A DNA stretch of 32,348 nt from Nemertoderma westbladi (lineage: Eukaryota > Animalia > Xenacoelomorpha), in NCBI GenBank assembly GCA_032718475.1, contig JAUCBJ010006870.1:1-32348 (forward strand), in the 5' to 3' direction. The notes under the pieces are model-generated. The model had not been told where the DNA came from, ran no database searches, and was given only the letters and a program-made list of their open reading frames with translations. Positions 21,201-32,348 of this stretch are shown one piece after another; the stretch's first letter is position 1, and every line of letters begins with the position of its first letter. Position numbers and translations under genes: made by a program.

Positions 21201-22011
21201 AAGGGACGGGGTCAACCAACCCATAACCAATTCGCAATTGATCAAAACCAATTTTTTTTATTCTACATTATTACCTTGTTATACCCCCAAAAAAGTCTAT
21301 AAAATATATTATGCGGATCACTTTCAATTTCCTGTTTCTTTCCTTAGCAACATGGATTTCTAGCTACGCTCGCCAAATAATATCGCTCGAAAAATAAGCC
21401 TACTTTTTTGCTACCACTTAATTAGTTATAACGAACCTAGGCCAGGGTAGTTGGTTTTCTTTCAGTCTAAATGCTACTCCTCCGTCAGTTTTAATACATT
21501 TTATGGAAATTTTCAGTCAATGATCTAAATATTGACCAATAAAACTTCTAAACTGAATTTTGAAATTTTGATCAGAAGTGTAATTTTAACTAAAAATTAA
21601 ATTTTAATTTTTTCAAATTGTAGTCCCAAAACCTGGTATTAGTTTTTATTTTTGGCAAAATCTCAATATGGCTGCCAGCCTACAAATTTCGAATCTTTGC
21701 ATTGCCAGTGTTTTATCATTTCCAACAAATCACTAATAGGCGAGTCAATCTAGCCATAAAAGGGACGGGGTCAACCAACCCATAACCAATTCGCAATTGA
21801 TCAAAACCAATTTTTTTTATTCTACATTATTACCTTGTTATACCCCCAAAAAAGTCTATAAAATATATTATGCGGATCACTTTCAATTTCCTGTTTCTTT
21901 CCTTAGCAACATGGATTTCTAGCTACGCTCGCCAAATAATATCGCTCGAAAAATAAGCCTACTTTTTTGCTACCACTTAATTAGTTATAACGAACCTAGG
22001 CCAGGGTAGTT
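20894..22011. repeat. Perfect 559-bp tandem duplication (20894-21452 and 21453-22011)
   Basis: The two copies read identical by eye, joined head to tail at ...GGGTAGTT|GGTTTTCTTT... Confidence 0.95.
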
Positions 22012-22051
22012 CTTACTCTAGTCCGACAAAAAAAACGCACAAATTCGTCTA

Positions 22052-23855
22052 CTACTACTACTAGGTCGAGCGAACTCGGACAGTGGAAATGAGATCCTTC
22101 CAGGCTTCCCGATTCTCCATAGTTGTCGCAATTTCGTTTCTCCTAAGTTCAGTATCCCTTTCAAGTTGATCTATATATGTTATGGCCGGTCGTCCACGAC
22201 TACGCTTTCCATGAGTTGGTTGCCAGAGAAGTAGATCTGGTATGACCTCGTCTTTACTTCGCCAGCAGCGCCCACTGAATCTTAATCTGCGTTCACGGAG
22301 GGTGGTTGGTACAGGTGGTATTGTACCATAAAGCTCGGCGTTTGTCATGTGTTGTCTCCAGCTGATGTTTAGGGCTGCCCTTAGTAGTCTTGTGTAGCAA
22401 CCATCAATTCGTTGTTCAAGTGATTTAGTCAGTGTCCAGGTCTCACCCCCATATAAAAATACACTTTCCACTGTGGCTCGAAAGAACTTAGTCTTCAGGT
22501 GCCTGGAGAGATCTAATTTCCAGATGGTATCCATTTTTGATAGAGCTACCCAAGCCTTTGCTTTCCTAACTTCTATGTCCTTTTTGCTACTCTCTATCCA
22601 TGATCCAAGGTACTGGAAGTCATCGACCTTCCTTAGTTGATTATTATCAATGGTTGTCAAGTTTCAATCAACATTAAAGGTCATGAATTCGGTCTTTGTA
22701 GCATTTATATGCAATCCAACATCCTTAGCAGCCCTCTCCACTTTATTTAGTAGAAGCTGTGCATCTGCTAGGGTATTAGAGAGCAGGGCGATGTCATCCG
22801 CAAAGTCGGTGTCTGTGACTGTAGTTGCCGGATATCTACTACTGCGTTCTTGAAGTGTGAATCCCAGGTCTTCACCCTTTGTGGCCGTCCTCATTGCGTA
22901 ATCCAGCACAATTACAAATAGTAATGGTACTAATGTGTCACCTTGCAGTACGCCAGCCAGGATTGAGAAAAACTCAGTTTCACCATCTGGTGAGAGTACC
23001 TGCGCTTCTGTGTCACAATATAACAATCCAATGCCAGCAACAATTACTTCTGGTATTCCATAAGCTCTTAGGATTTCAAGCATTTTACCTCTATGAAGTC
23101 GAATGCCTTCTTCAAGTCCACAAAAGTCATGACAGCGGGGAGATTCTTTGACTTAATTCCTTCAATCAGTCTCCGTAGTGCAAGTATCTGAGCTATATTG
23201 TTGATCTACTTGGTCGAAATCCGTTTTGGCTCTTACGCAGTAGTTTCTCTATGTGAGGCCTAATCCTATATAGAATCATTTTATTGTATATTTTGGCAGC
23301 TACCACAAGCAGACAGATCCCACGATAGTTTGTTGGTATGCCGAGGTCTCCTTTCTTGGGGAGAGGCTTTAGTTGACCTTTAGTCCAAATTGGTGGTGGC
23401 TTTTCCCCTTTTAACATCCGGTTGCAAACATTCAATAATGGTCTGTTTAGCACTCCCGTTTTCCATACCTCCGCTGGCATTTCATCTAATCCACTCGCTT
23501 TATTATTGGACATGCTTTTAATGCTTCTTTGGAGTTCGGCAGGTGTGAAGTCCCCTGTTTCTATAGGTAGTGTCTTGTCATATATTTTCCTTGTAGGGCC
23601 GACCTCGATGTTTGGTGGCTGCCCAAGCAAGTTGCTGAAGTGATATTTCCACTTCCCAACACGTTCTTCAGGGCTATCGGCTTTGAGGCGCCCCTTTGCA
23701 CAACTTTTCCGACCAGATACCTCATTTACAGTTTGCCAGGTAAGTCTTGATTGTTGCTGTATGTGAGCAGTTGTAATTGCTTCAGTTTTATCCTGTATGT
23801 ACTTTTCCTGGCTGATGTTGTAGGCCAATTTAAGATCGTCCTTAGCTTTCTCAAC
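22052..23855 (-). mobile_element. RTE-like LINE (family A, copy 2), 5'-truncated, (TAG)n tail, 13-bp TSD
   Basis: TSD ACAAATTCGTCTA at 22039-22051 and 23867-23879. (CTA)5 on + at 22049-22063. RT motifs QNGFRPSRST, GVLQGDTLVP, DFADD and FQYLGS. Frameshifts near 23195 and 23095, and an in-frame TGA at 22664-22666. Confidence 0.95.
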
Positions 23856-25673
23856 TTCGTCTACAAACAAATTCGTCTAAAAGAGTAAATTATTGTTGGC
23901 AGAAGAATAAAGTGGGTCCTTCATAAATATAATTGTTAATTTTCTAACTGGTAGAATTAAAAGGAATAGAGGATTATAAACAATAATATGAAATGGCTGA
24001 CGGTTTTCATTTCAGACATTTTTGAAATGTTTTCATTTCAGCCCTCTATCGGTAGATTGGAGAACTGCCGAGGGATTACCCTGACCCTCACGCCAATGAC
24101 GCAGCCAGGTCTTGTACATAAGGCACTGCGGACCGGTCACCATCCTCACAAAGAGAAAAATCGAATTTAAAATGAAGGAAATGAAACAAAATTTCATAGA
24201 TTGATTAAAAAAAAACGAAAATTTGATCGGATTGGAAAAAAAAACTAATAAAATATTTTTTTTACGTTACGTTACGCCATTCTTACCCTCGCGTATTTGA
24301 ATTTCAGTCAATTAAAACTAGTGACAAAAAGCGCTTCTTTCCGATACTTTTTTTACTTATCGAAGAACATTAGGTACTATCTGTTTAAATACAACATTTT
24401 TGGAGGAAAAATCTATCATTCTTATTATTTATAAATATTTTATAATTATTATTATGATTATAACATAGCTACTTCGTTTCGTTTACTTAATATTTTAAAA
24501 TATTTCTATTTACTTTGTCGTTTAGTTTATCATGTTTTCGTTTAGTCTCTCCCAAATACGTTTCGTTGTCATACCAACCCTGCCTATTGGATTAGATTGG
24601 TCCTATAAGACAGACCATAATATATCTATAATCGTGTAAGCGGTATCGTTTACGTACAGGATAAAGTCTTAACCAAGCGTGAATGAATTCACTACAACAG
24701 CGGGATCCTATAGTGGTACTTGCGAACAGATTGTTCTGTGACAGAGACATGCAGTGAGATGTTGATATATAAAGTTTTATATTCACCAGTATTTAGCAGT
24801 CACCATCAATACCTATAATAATATTAATCATTGCATTCTATAATTATACGAAAATTTGCAATCCAAAATGTCGAAATAATGTTATTGAAACGTTGGTGTA
24901 AGTAGAGCGACACCGGTTTCAAACCGTAAATATTGTGGAAAAGTAGATAGCCATCAATATCACAATAAAAAAACTCTCTAAATATACCAAATTAATAACA
25001 TTTTGGAATAGAAAATAATGTATTTAGTGTATTATACTATCTTACTAAAAAAATAATGCTTAGCCAAAAAATATTAGATCTTACAAAAACACATTATTAT
25101 GTTTTAGTAGATGTTCTGGGGTATTTCAATGTCATACATGAGTGGGTGTTGGCAAACCTATAATATATTAAACCTAATATTAAATACTGAAATATCATCA
25201 ATTTTACTCTTAATTTAACTATGAAATAAGAATAGAAATTAGTTTATTTTCGAAAACATTCCTGTATTAATAAAATGCAGGCGAAAAATCCACGGAAAAT
25301 TGAGATTATCCGACGCCGACAGTATTTTAGATTATGTGTTTGGTTATAGTTTATGTTTTCGGATAATGTCGGAAATGTATTGTTAATAATAATTCGGGTT
25401 AAAATATTAATTAGAGTTTTTTGGGTGTATCTATATTCTAGAATACCACCCACAGCCGTGTGATAATTTAACTGAAATATAACTAGTGATATTTTTCGGT
25501 ATAATGTTTGTTTCTTCAGCAACTCTCGCACGCATGTAAAACCAAAATACTAAACAATATAGAAATAAGTGGTCTTTGTTTATCACATTACTATAAAACA
25601 TAACAAATGTTAAGACGTTTAAAAAATTATTACAGTATTTGCAGAGCCTCAAAAAATAATTACACAATAATAA

Positions 25674-25679
25674 TTTATT
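25674..25679 (-). promoter_or_regulatory. Candidate polyadenylation signal for the DNAAF8-like gene
   Basis: AATAAA on the minus strand about 300 nt after the stop, followed by a T/G-rich tract. The background is AT-rich, so support is weak. Confidence 0.35.
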
Positions 25680-25979
25680 TATTTATTTACATTTTATATA
25701 CACAATATAATACAACACAACGCATAATATACAAAGTTAATGGTAATCAGTGAAAAATTTTGCGATATAAAAAATCAAAATATATATGAAATTTGCGCGG
25801 TTTTACTTCAATTCGAAGTCATTCCTTGTGGACATAAAACTGTTGGGCCAGGTGGGACGCTACGCAGTAAATGACTTTCACATCCTCCCTAGATACATAC
25901 GCATTGTTATTTGGTGTTGCAATCTAAAAATATTATTGTCTCAAAACAGTAGAAAAGCTCATTTACATTCCGTTCAATT

Positions 25980-28900
25980 CTAACCAGCAACAAGCTCAGC
26001 GAATGAGTTAGGAGACAGGCAATCAAAACACAATTCCACCATGGCGATAGCCGATCTAACAGATCTAGGGTGTATAATGTGATCAGCATACCGAGCGGCT
26101 ATGGATGACGTGTCATAAGAACAACCCAAGATCGATTCGAAGCAGGTGACAGCGTTGTCCCGTTCTATAGCCAATAGCAGACTGGGTCCGGTGCGGTTAG
26201 CCGGCCAGGCCGCCACATCAATACCACCAGCCGCGCATACCATCGCTATCTGGGACTTTGTAAACCAAACAAAACGAAATCCGACAATCAAAAAATCTTT
26301 AGATATTAAATAAGATAAAATATCATAAAGTGGAAACCGAGACGGGCAACTTGCTAGAGAAGAATGCAAAATAACACAGTTTATCTGTCTCAGTGAACTC
26401 GATACTTGATTCAATAAAGAAAACCCTAGCAACTCGATATTATTAGCTCGAACGTCGGGGATATTTACTCTGTCCCTTATGTGTAACAGTCGGGAATTCT
26501 CTTTTGATATGATTCTATCAAGACCCGGACAAACAATCTCTTCATAGGCTAGGATTGGCGTAGGATTCATTCTGCATAGACCCTCTGGGAAATAATGCTG
26601 AACACCACGGACGGCGGCGATGTAATTAGAAGATGCATAGACCCCATTGTCAATGGCATTAATCCCAAAACAACCACGCCAATAACGGCTGCTGAGTTTC
26701 CTTGCCCGGTTAGAGTCAATGGGTCCCATCAGTTTATGCAGCTTGTAAACCGCGTTTGTTGCTTCCAAAGCAAAGATTACAACTGGCCCGGACCGCAAAC
26801 TTTCAACTCGCTCGCCAACATCATAACCATCATTAGCTTCATCATTAGCAATCTCTGTGGCCTCTATTTCACTGAGAGACAATAGACGACCAGCTACTAT
26901 ATTGAAACCTTCAATGTAAATTTCTTTAACAATTCTGGGTAGGTGCTTCACAACAGCAAGGGGTTTCACAAGGAGAAATGACACTAAAAACGGTGGGGCC
27001 TGGAACAACGATATAATACTATCAGTGCCGTAGTTGCAGGAAACAGCCTTTTTCGATTTTCTATTAAACGTCAGGCTTGTACTTTCAAGGCAATCAGTAA
27101 ACATTACAGAAGGAATAAACTTCGACAACGTCCTAACTAATGGGTCAGAGAAAATCTCGCAGTTCTTGAAGAACATATTCATTCGCCGGTATGCAACTTC
27201 CATTGAAGGGGAAACAAATATCCCCATGTCATAATTCACGACCTTCAACTGGTTCAACTTATTCAACTGACGTATAGCGTCTAACCCCCTTACAGCAAGA
27301 ATGAAACATGGTCCTGGTTGAAGTGAAGATAAACTCTCCTTATATTTACAATGTCCAACTTCATAAGGAGAAAGTTCCCGAGCTTGAGCTAATGATAATC
27401 CCGGTAATACCTTGGCCCCAATAATTTCAAACGCGCTTTCAGCATTGGAGTGTATAATATGCTGTACTGAAGTCGAGGATTCTCCAGCCAAAGAACTGAA
27501 CAGCTCACCAATTTTGGTAAACGTATTAAAACCACACACAGCCACTACAGCCGTTTGCTCAACATCAGCTGAATCAAAAGTGTCAATTGCGTTTGGGATA
27601 TAATTAATTTGATCCAAGGAATAAGTGAGTGGAGGGATTGATGAAAAATCACCACCCAATGATTCGTACACAACATTCGAATATTGAGTGTAGTGAAACA
27701 TTTTCTTTACACATTCATCCAAATCTTGGTTATTGGAACTTGCATCAATGCAAAGTACTCCTGAAGCAAGCAATTCAATTAAGATATGCATGTGAACAAG
27801 ACAATTTTGTTTTCTTAAAATTAAAACGGTGCATGGAGATTCGTTAACATAATACTCAAGATACAGTGAAGATATTCCCATTGACAACAGCTTCTTCTGT
27901 GAGATTCTCAATCGTTTCAGGGCCAACAACATGAAGCCCTGAAGGAAACATGCAGACAGGATACGACCCATCGACTGGAAGGGAACAGAGGGGCTGATAA
28001 TAAGAATGGAGTCACAAAGTTGGGGAAGAACCAATAAATTAGGATGATCATTGTTAACGGATACAAATTCTTTTACATCTGATAACCGCGGCCCAAACCA
28101 TTTACACAAGTCTTCCTGCACGCGATCACAACTTCGTGGTGAAGAAAGTATTCCTTTAGTTTTTATCTCTGGTTCACAAAATGCTATTATGGAAAGAGGA
28201 TCCGTAACTTTTGCAATGGAGGGATCACTGGGACCTAAAGCATTCAACCATGCGGATCTACAGCTAAAACCATGTAGAGCCAAAACTAGTAATGGCTTTT
28301 GTATATTTCCTGTAGGTTGGGTAGGGTAAACCAAACGAACACCAATAATGTGCAGACCGAGAGATATTATCTTACACAAAATAACATAACAATACCATGG
28401 ATACATGAATAGTGGTTGAGATATTTCAACTATTGATTTTTCTGTTTCTGTAATATTTTTAATTGGCATTAGTTCAAATATTGATGATGAATTAATATCA
28501 GGTATGCCATAAAAAAAATTAAATGGAAGTTTGAAGAGCTTCAATGGTGAATCACATTCATCAATCATAGATATGAAAGTACACAGAGGTTTATGTGATA
28601 TCTTAGGCATCGGTGAACCATCATAAAATCTGGATTTCAATTTAAAGTTCAAGATATCAGATAATGAATATTTAGAAAGAAAGATCCCCACTGCGATACG
28701 GAAAGGGCTTTGTGAGGGTTTAATCTTCCGATTGGATAAATGGATAGCTTTAATATTATCAGGTGAGTCGGATGGGCAAATAGCAACATATAAAGCGCAT
28801 TCAGAAGCAAGTTGCATCTGCTGGATCCCAAGAACAGCAAATGGAGCTGAATTGTTACTCAAAATATATCCAGAATTTGCATCTGATGGGATGTTCGAAG

Positions 28901-30545
28901 GAACTAGATTAACTAGCCAGGCAATCAGTGCGTTATAAGATCCTGAATAGGAGGAATCCAAAGGACGCTGACTATCTTTACAACTAATAACACCAACAGT
29001 TGATAACCTAACCTTCAACACAGCAACCTCTATGCCTATCATCGATTTCTGATTTCGCAACGAAATATTAGGGAGGCCGGATTCTTTATGTGTATAGGTA
29101 TTAGTAAAATCAAACAATGGGTCACACTGTTGATTTGCGTAACTGCTGTGGCATTGAGATTTTAAAAATCCAAGGAGCCGTGTCTTTATGGCTCGCTGTT
29201 TTTTACGTTGTACATTTATTTCATGTGTACTCTGTCGATTTGCATCACTTCTATCACACACATTATATGTAGAACTAGAACCTTTTAACATATCAGAACA
29301 TGGCTTTGATGGCTGAGTAAGTTTCAGTGGGAAATCCTTAGTACAGGTATTTTGATCAGTATCGATAGTTGGTTGGGGTTGAACTGAGATGCTCTCTGGT
29401 TCCTCATAAACAACATTGACAACCAAATCCCTAGTCCGTCTACCAGATGCAGCTGGAGTTCTAGAGATATTACTAGTACCGGTATATGATTTTATAATTT
29501 CAGTTTCGATCAAATTTTCATGGTTCCCTTGCTTTTCCAATAATTTTGGAATTTCATAATTTGTGTCTCCAACACGACATTCATCAACTGTTTCATGACT
29601 TAATGATAGGCTAGACATAGAAAGACTTGATATACATTTACGAAGGTCCTGATCAGATTTGGGAGACACAACATCCTGCTCATGTCTGAGATCAATAAAG
29701 ATTGTTTCCGATTCATTACCAGTGGTTACGAACTTGAATGGAGAACCTCCTGCAAATTGCTGCAATTGACTATCATCTACAACAGTTTTGGAACATTTTT
29801 CTTCATATGTTACAAAGCGCTCAGTTGTGTCACCAAAAGATAAACATTCATCGTGTTGTTTGTGACTAAAATCTCGTAACTTTTCCATCAACTTCACATT
29901 GCTCGTCTGGTTGTTAACTGATGGTGAAGCAAAATTATTGTCAAGCCAACTGGGCAAAGACATACCAGAATCTCCACCTTGGGCATAAAATGCATTATTA
30001 TCACATGTATCATCATGCAATATGAGTTCATGGTTGATGTTGTTTACATTAAGTCCATCATCATCGCCATGGACAAATTGAACAAGGTCGTCTGTAGAAC
30101 ACCCACAATTAGAAACATCAACATTAGATGTTACCATAACTGAGGCACTTGTAACTGGCCGTGAGGCTTCAGCCTCACTTACAACAATCTTCATGTTACT
30201 CTCATCCGAATTGTCTTCATTCATTACATCGTTCTCGATACCAAGAAAATTTCTTGGAGGACTTAATAATGAGTCAGCAGTATCAACAATCTCTAGCACG
30301 CCATCTGCATTATGTTCAGGGACATCCAATAGCAAACTATGAAAGTCATCTCGTGACAAAACATTCAAATCACTATCAGTATCGCCTTCATCATCGTCAT
30401 CATCAGCATCCAGTATATCACTGTCATCAATGGAAGGCAATGATGACTGAACCTCTGCAAAGATTAGATCAAATTTAGGTTTTATTGAAGTCAGTGAGGA
30501 TGGTGAAGATGGCATCCCAACACTTTCTGATTCACTATTATTCAT
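25980..30545 (-). CDS. DNAAF8: Dynein axonemal assembly factor 8 (C16orf71/Daap1)-like protein with tandem degenerate NDK-like domains, single coding exon, 1521 aa
   Basis: N-terminal FDLIFAEVQSSLPSIDDS plus an acidic tract and TIFIDLR resemble conserved C16orf71 motifs. The C-terminal half has NDK-fold motifs (FLLVKP, GFNIVAGRLLSLS, SGPVVIFALE..NAV...LMGP, NGVYAS). Confidence 0.75.
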   Translation of the reverse strand: MNNSESESVGMPSSPSSLTSIKPKFDLIFAEVQSSLPSIDDSDILDADDDDDEGDTDSDLNVLSRDDFHSLLLDVPEHNADGVLEIVDTADSLLSPPRNFLGIENDVMNEDNSDESNMKIVVSEAEASRPVTSASVMVTSNVDVSNCGCSTDDLVQFVHGDDDGLNVNNINHELILHDDTCDNNAFYAQGGDSGMSLPSWLDNNFASPSVNNQTSNVKLMEKLRDFSHKQHDECLSFGDTTERFVTYEEKCSKTVVDDSQLQQFAGGSPFKFVTTGNESETIFIDLRHEQDVVSPKSDQDLRKCISSLSMSSLSLSHETVDECRVGDTNYEIPKLLEKQGNHENLIETEIIKSYTGTSNISRTPAASGRRTRDLVVNVVYEEPESISVQPQPTIDTDQNTCTKDFPLKLTQPSKPCSDMLKGSSSTYNVCDRSDANRQSTHEINVQRKKQRAIKTRLLGFLKSQCHSSYANQQCDPLFDFTNTYTHKESGLPNISLRNQKSMIGIEVAVLKVRLSTVGVISCKDSQRPLDSSYSGSYNALIAWLVNLVPSNIPSDANSGYILSNNSAPFAVLGIQQMQLASECALYVAICPSDSPDNIKAIHLSNRKIKPSQSPFRIAVGIFLSKYSLSDILNFKLKSRFYDGSPMPKISHKPLCTFISMIDECDSPLKLFKLPFNFFYGIPDINSSSIFELMPIKNITETEKSIVEISQPLFMYPWYCYVILCKIISLGLHIIGVRLVYPTQPTGNIQKPLLVLALHGFSCRSAWLNALGPSDPSIAKVTDPLSIIAFCEPEIKTKGILSSPRSCDRVQEDLCKWFGPRLSDVKEFVSVNNDHPNLLVLPQLCDSILIISPSVPFQSMGRILSACFLQGFMLLALKRLRISQKKLLSMGISSLYLEYYVNESPCTVLILRKQNCLVHMHILIELLASGVLCIDASSNNQDLDECVKKMFHYTQYSNVVYESLGGDFSSIPPLTYSLDQINYIPNAIDTFDSADVEQTAVVAVCGFNTFTKIGELFSSLAGESSTSVQHIIHSNAESAFEIIGAKVLPGLSLAQARELSPYEVGHCKYKESLSSLQPGPCFILAVRGLDAIRQLNKLNQLKVVNYDMGIFVSPSMEVAYRRMNMFFKNCEIFSDPLVRTLSKFIPSVMFTDCLESTSLTFNRKSKKAVSCNYGTDSIISLFQAPPFLVSFLLVKPLAVVKHLPRIVKEIYIEGFNIVAGRLLSLSEIEATEIANDEANDGYDVGERVESLRSGPVVIFALEATNAVYKLHKLMGPIDSNRARKLSSRYWRGCFGINAIDNGVYASSNYIAAVRGVQHYFPEGLCRMNPTPILAYEEIVCPGLDRIISKENSRLLHIRDRVNIPDVRANNIELLGFSLLNQVSSSLRQINCVILHSSLASCPSRFPLYDILSYLISKDFLIVGFRFVWFTKSQIAMVCAAGGIDVAAWPANRTGPSLLLAIERDNAVTCFESILGCSYDTSSIAARYADHIIHPRSVRSAIAMVELCFDCLSPNSFAELVAG

Positions 30546-31223
30546 TTCTGACTATAAGAGTACTAGATGTCCACGGTCCAGTATAGGTTACATATACTGA
30601 TAGAATATTAGGAAGCCTATAGATACTGAGATAGGCATAGGAATACGGAGAAGGCTTGTTACCAGAGTCATAGCATATATGGTATTTTCCAATATCACCT
30701 CTCTAATTTTCATCAATATAATTCAGTAATTATAAATTAATAATTATAAATTAAAATGTCTACAACTGGTCTGGATGAATCGTTTGGAGGACAAATTTTG
30801 TGATAATACAATACAGCAATACATGAATATATACAAGTAATACCGGTAGATAGATTAATCACATTTGCGGTTCATTTTTATAAAAAAAATTTCTGAATTG
30901 AAAATAAATGGAGAGGGAGAAGACCCGGTCCTACTAAAACTGCAACTAAAAGGCAATTTACCGCAACTACTGAACTAGTTGTTATATTCAAGCAGCCATC
31001 AGCCAGTAGTGTAGTTGAGTGTTCACGTTCAGTGTTTCGGGGTATTTGTGCACCGTGTCCAGTGTCAGCCGTGTATGTGTAGGCCTATACAATACATGTG
31101 TACCTACGACGACCACCTACAGACGGACAGGACAGACCTAACCGGATGACCGGTACCGGTACCAGGGTAGCGTAGCGTGTAGTGTACCTGTAGTACAGGT
31201 CAGCAGGTGTACCTGTGTTCCGC

Positions 31224-31998
31224 CCAGGCAGCAAATGGAGTGCAAAAATCGCAACACGTTGTGTGCGGTTTTGAAATAGTGCGCGGTAAAAGCACAAAAG
31301 TGAGCGGAATTGAAATAAAAGCTGAAAAGTGCGCGGAATTGTGTGAAAGTGCGCGGTAATCTGTGCAAAATATTAAAAGTCAAAGTGCACGGATGAGGTG
31401 TAAAAAAAAGTTATAAAATGTGTGCAAAACTGCAATTTAATGAGAAAAATAATTCTGTAATTAGCCATAAAAAATTTCACTCGCTTCGCTCGCGTTTCTT
31501 TTCCATTTTGCATTGTTAATGTTAAAATTAAAAAATTTCGCTCGCTTCGCTTGCGTTTATTTTTCATTTTAGACCTACTGACTGACTGACCTACATCATA
31601 CATGCTACATATAAAATTAAAAATTTCACACGCTTCGCTCGCGTTTCGTTTTCATCTTACATCTGTACATTGTTAAAATGAAAAATTTCGCTCACGTTTT
31701 TTTTTTCATTTTGCATTGCTTAAATTTAATTTTTTATTTCTTTACGTTAATAAATAATACATATACTGATATATATAATTTTATATATGTAATTTTATAT
31801 ATAATATATAATTTTTTGATTTATTTATTTATTCCTCAGTTCCTGTATTCGTCAGTTCGTATGTTTGTGTGAATTGAATTGTTTTTCAGCTTGGTGTGCG
31901 CGTTTTTTCAGTCCATGCGCGGTACATTGTCAGATATTGCGCGGCTGAAAAATTGTGCGCGGGCGTTGTGCGCGGTTCAGTGGTGGTTTGCAGCCTGG
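31224..31998. mobile_element. hAT-type MITE (775 bp)
   Basis: TIR CCAGGCAGCAAA versus CCAGGCTGCAAA. 8-bp TSD TGTTCCGC at 31216-31223 and 31999-32006. Subterminal GTGCGCGG repeats and about four internal AAAATTTCGCTCGCTTCGCTCGCG-like repeats. Confidence 0.9.
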
Positions 31999-32348
31999 TG
32001 TTCCGCTACCTGGCTACCGATAGGCCTACCAGCCTACTGACAGACCGGATAAATCAGTAAATACTGAAATACCGGTACTGGTGACGACTGGCATAGCAAC
32101 AAATCACACTTTAACAAGTACGGTCGGTACCTTCAGATCTTCATCACATACAATCACACATGTGCAATTACAGTGCAATCACATACTGCTGTACTACTAA
32201 CTGTGTACTGGTTTCTGGGTATACCACTGCCTGACTGCTGCACTGTACCAGTACAGCAGTACTGCAGTAAACTGCTGTACTGGTATAGGCCAGTAGTCAA
32301 TGAGCCTAACTGCTGAACTGCCTAGGCAATAATAGTCTTTCTTTAGGG

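Noticed and set aside
23880-25970. Short ORFs (60-95 aa) between the LINE and the DNAAF8-like gene, and similar ones at 11500-15700 and 31085-31872
   Set aside because: AT-rich composition, no recognisable domains, and several overlap MITEs. Expected by chance.

Overview
Eukaryotic, most likely invertebrate animal, AT-rich genomic DNA (no operons, CRISPR or rRNA). It holds two convergent host genes whose coding regions appear uninterrupted by introns: PNISR/SFRS18 (+, 16407-19265) and a DNAAF8/C16orf71 (Daap1)-like protein with about five tandem degenerate NDK-like domains (-, 25980-30545). They sit among dense transposon debris: an internally deleted BEL/Pao LTR retrotransposon (1826-5751, near-identical LTRs, 5-bp TSD, RNase H and integrase missing), three decayed RTE-like LINE copies from two families (two with (TAG)n tails and TSDs), three TIR+TSD-defined hAT-like MITEs (one with a 5-bp TSD), a tRNA-derived SINE candidate, a Helentron/HINE-like element partly inside a perfect 559-bp tandem duplication, and several minisatellites. 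I see no convincing wholly new biological system. The best leads are the multi-pseudo-NDK DNAAF8 architecture, the splice acceptors just upstream of two intronless CDSs, the integrase-less BEL element, and LINE junction features (shared 5' truncation point, stop codon forming the tail). All family calls are by motif recognition, without database searches.
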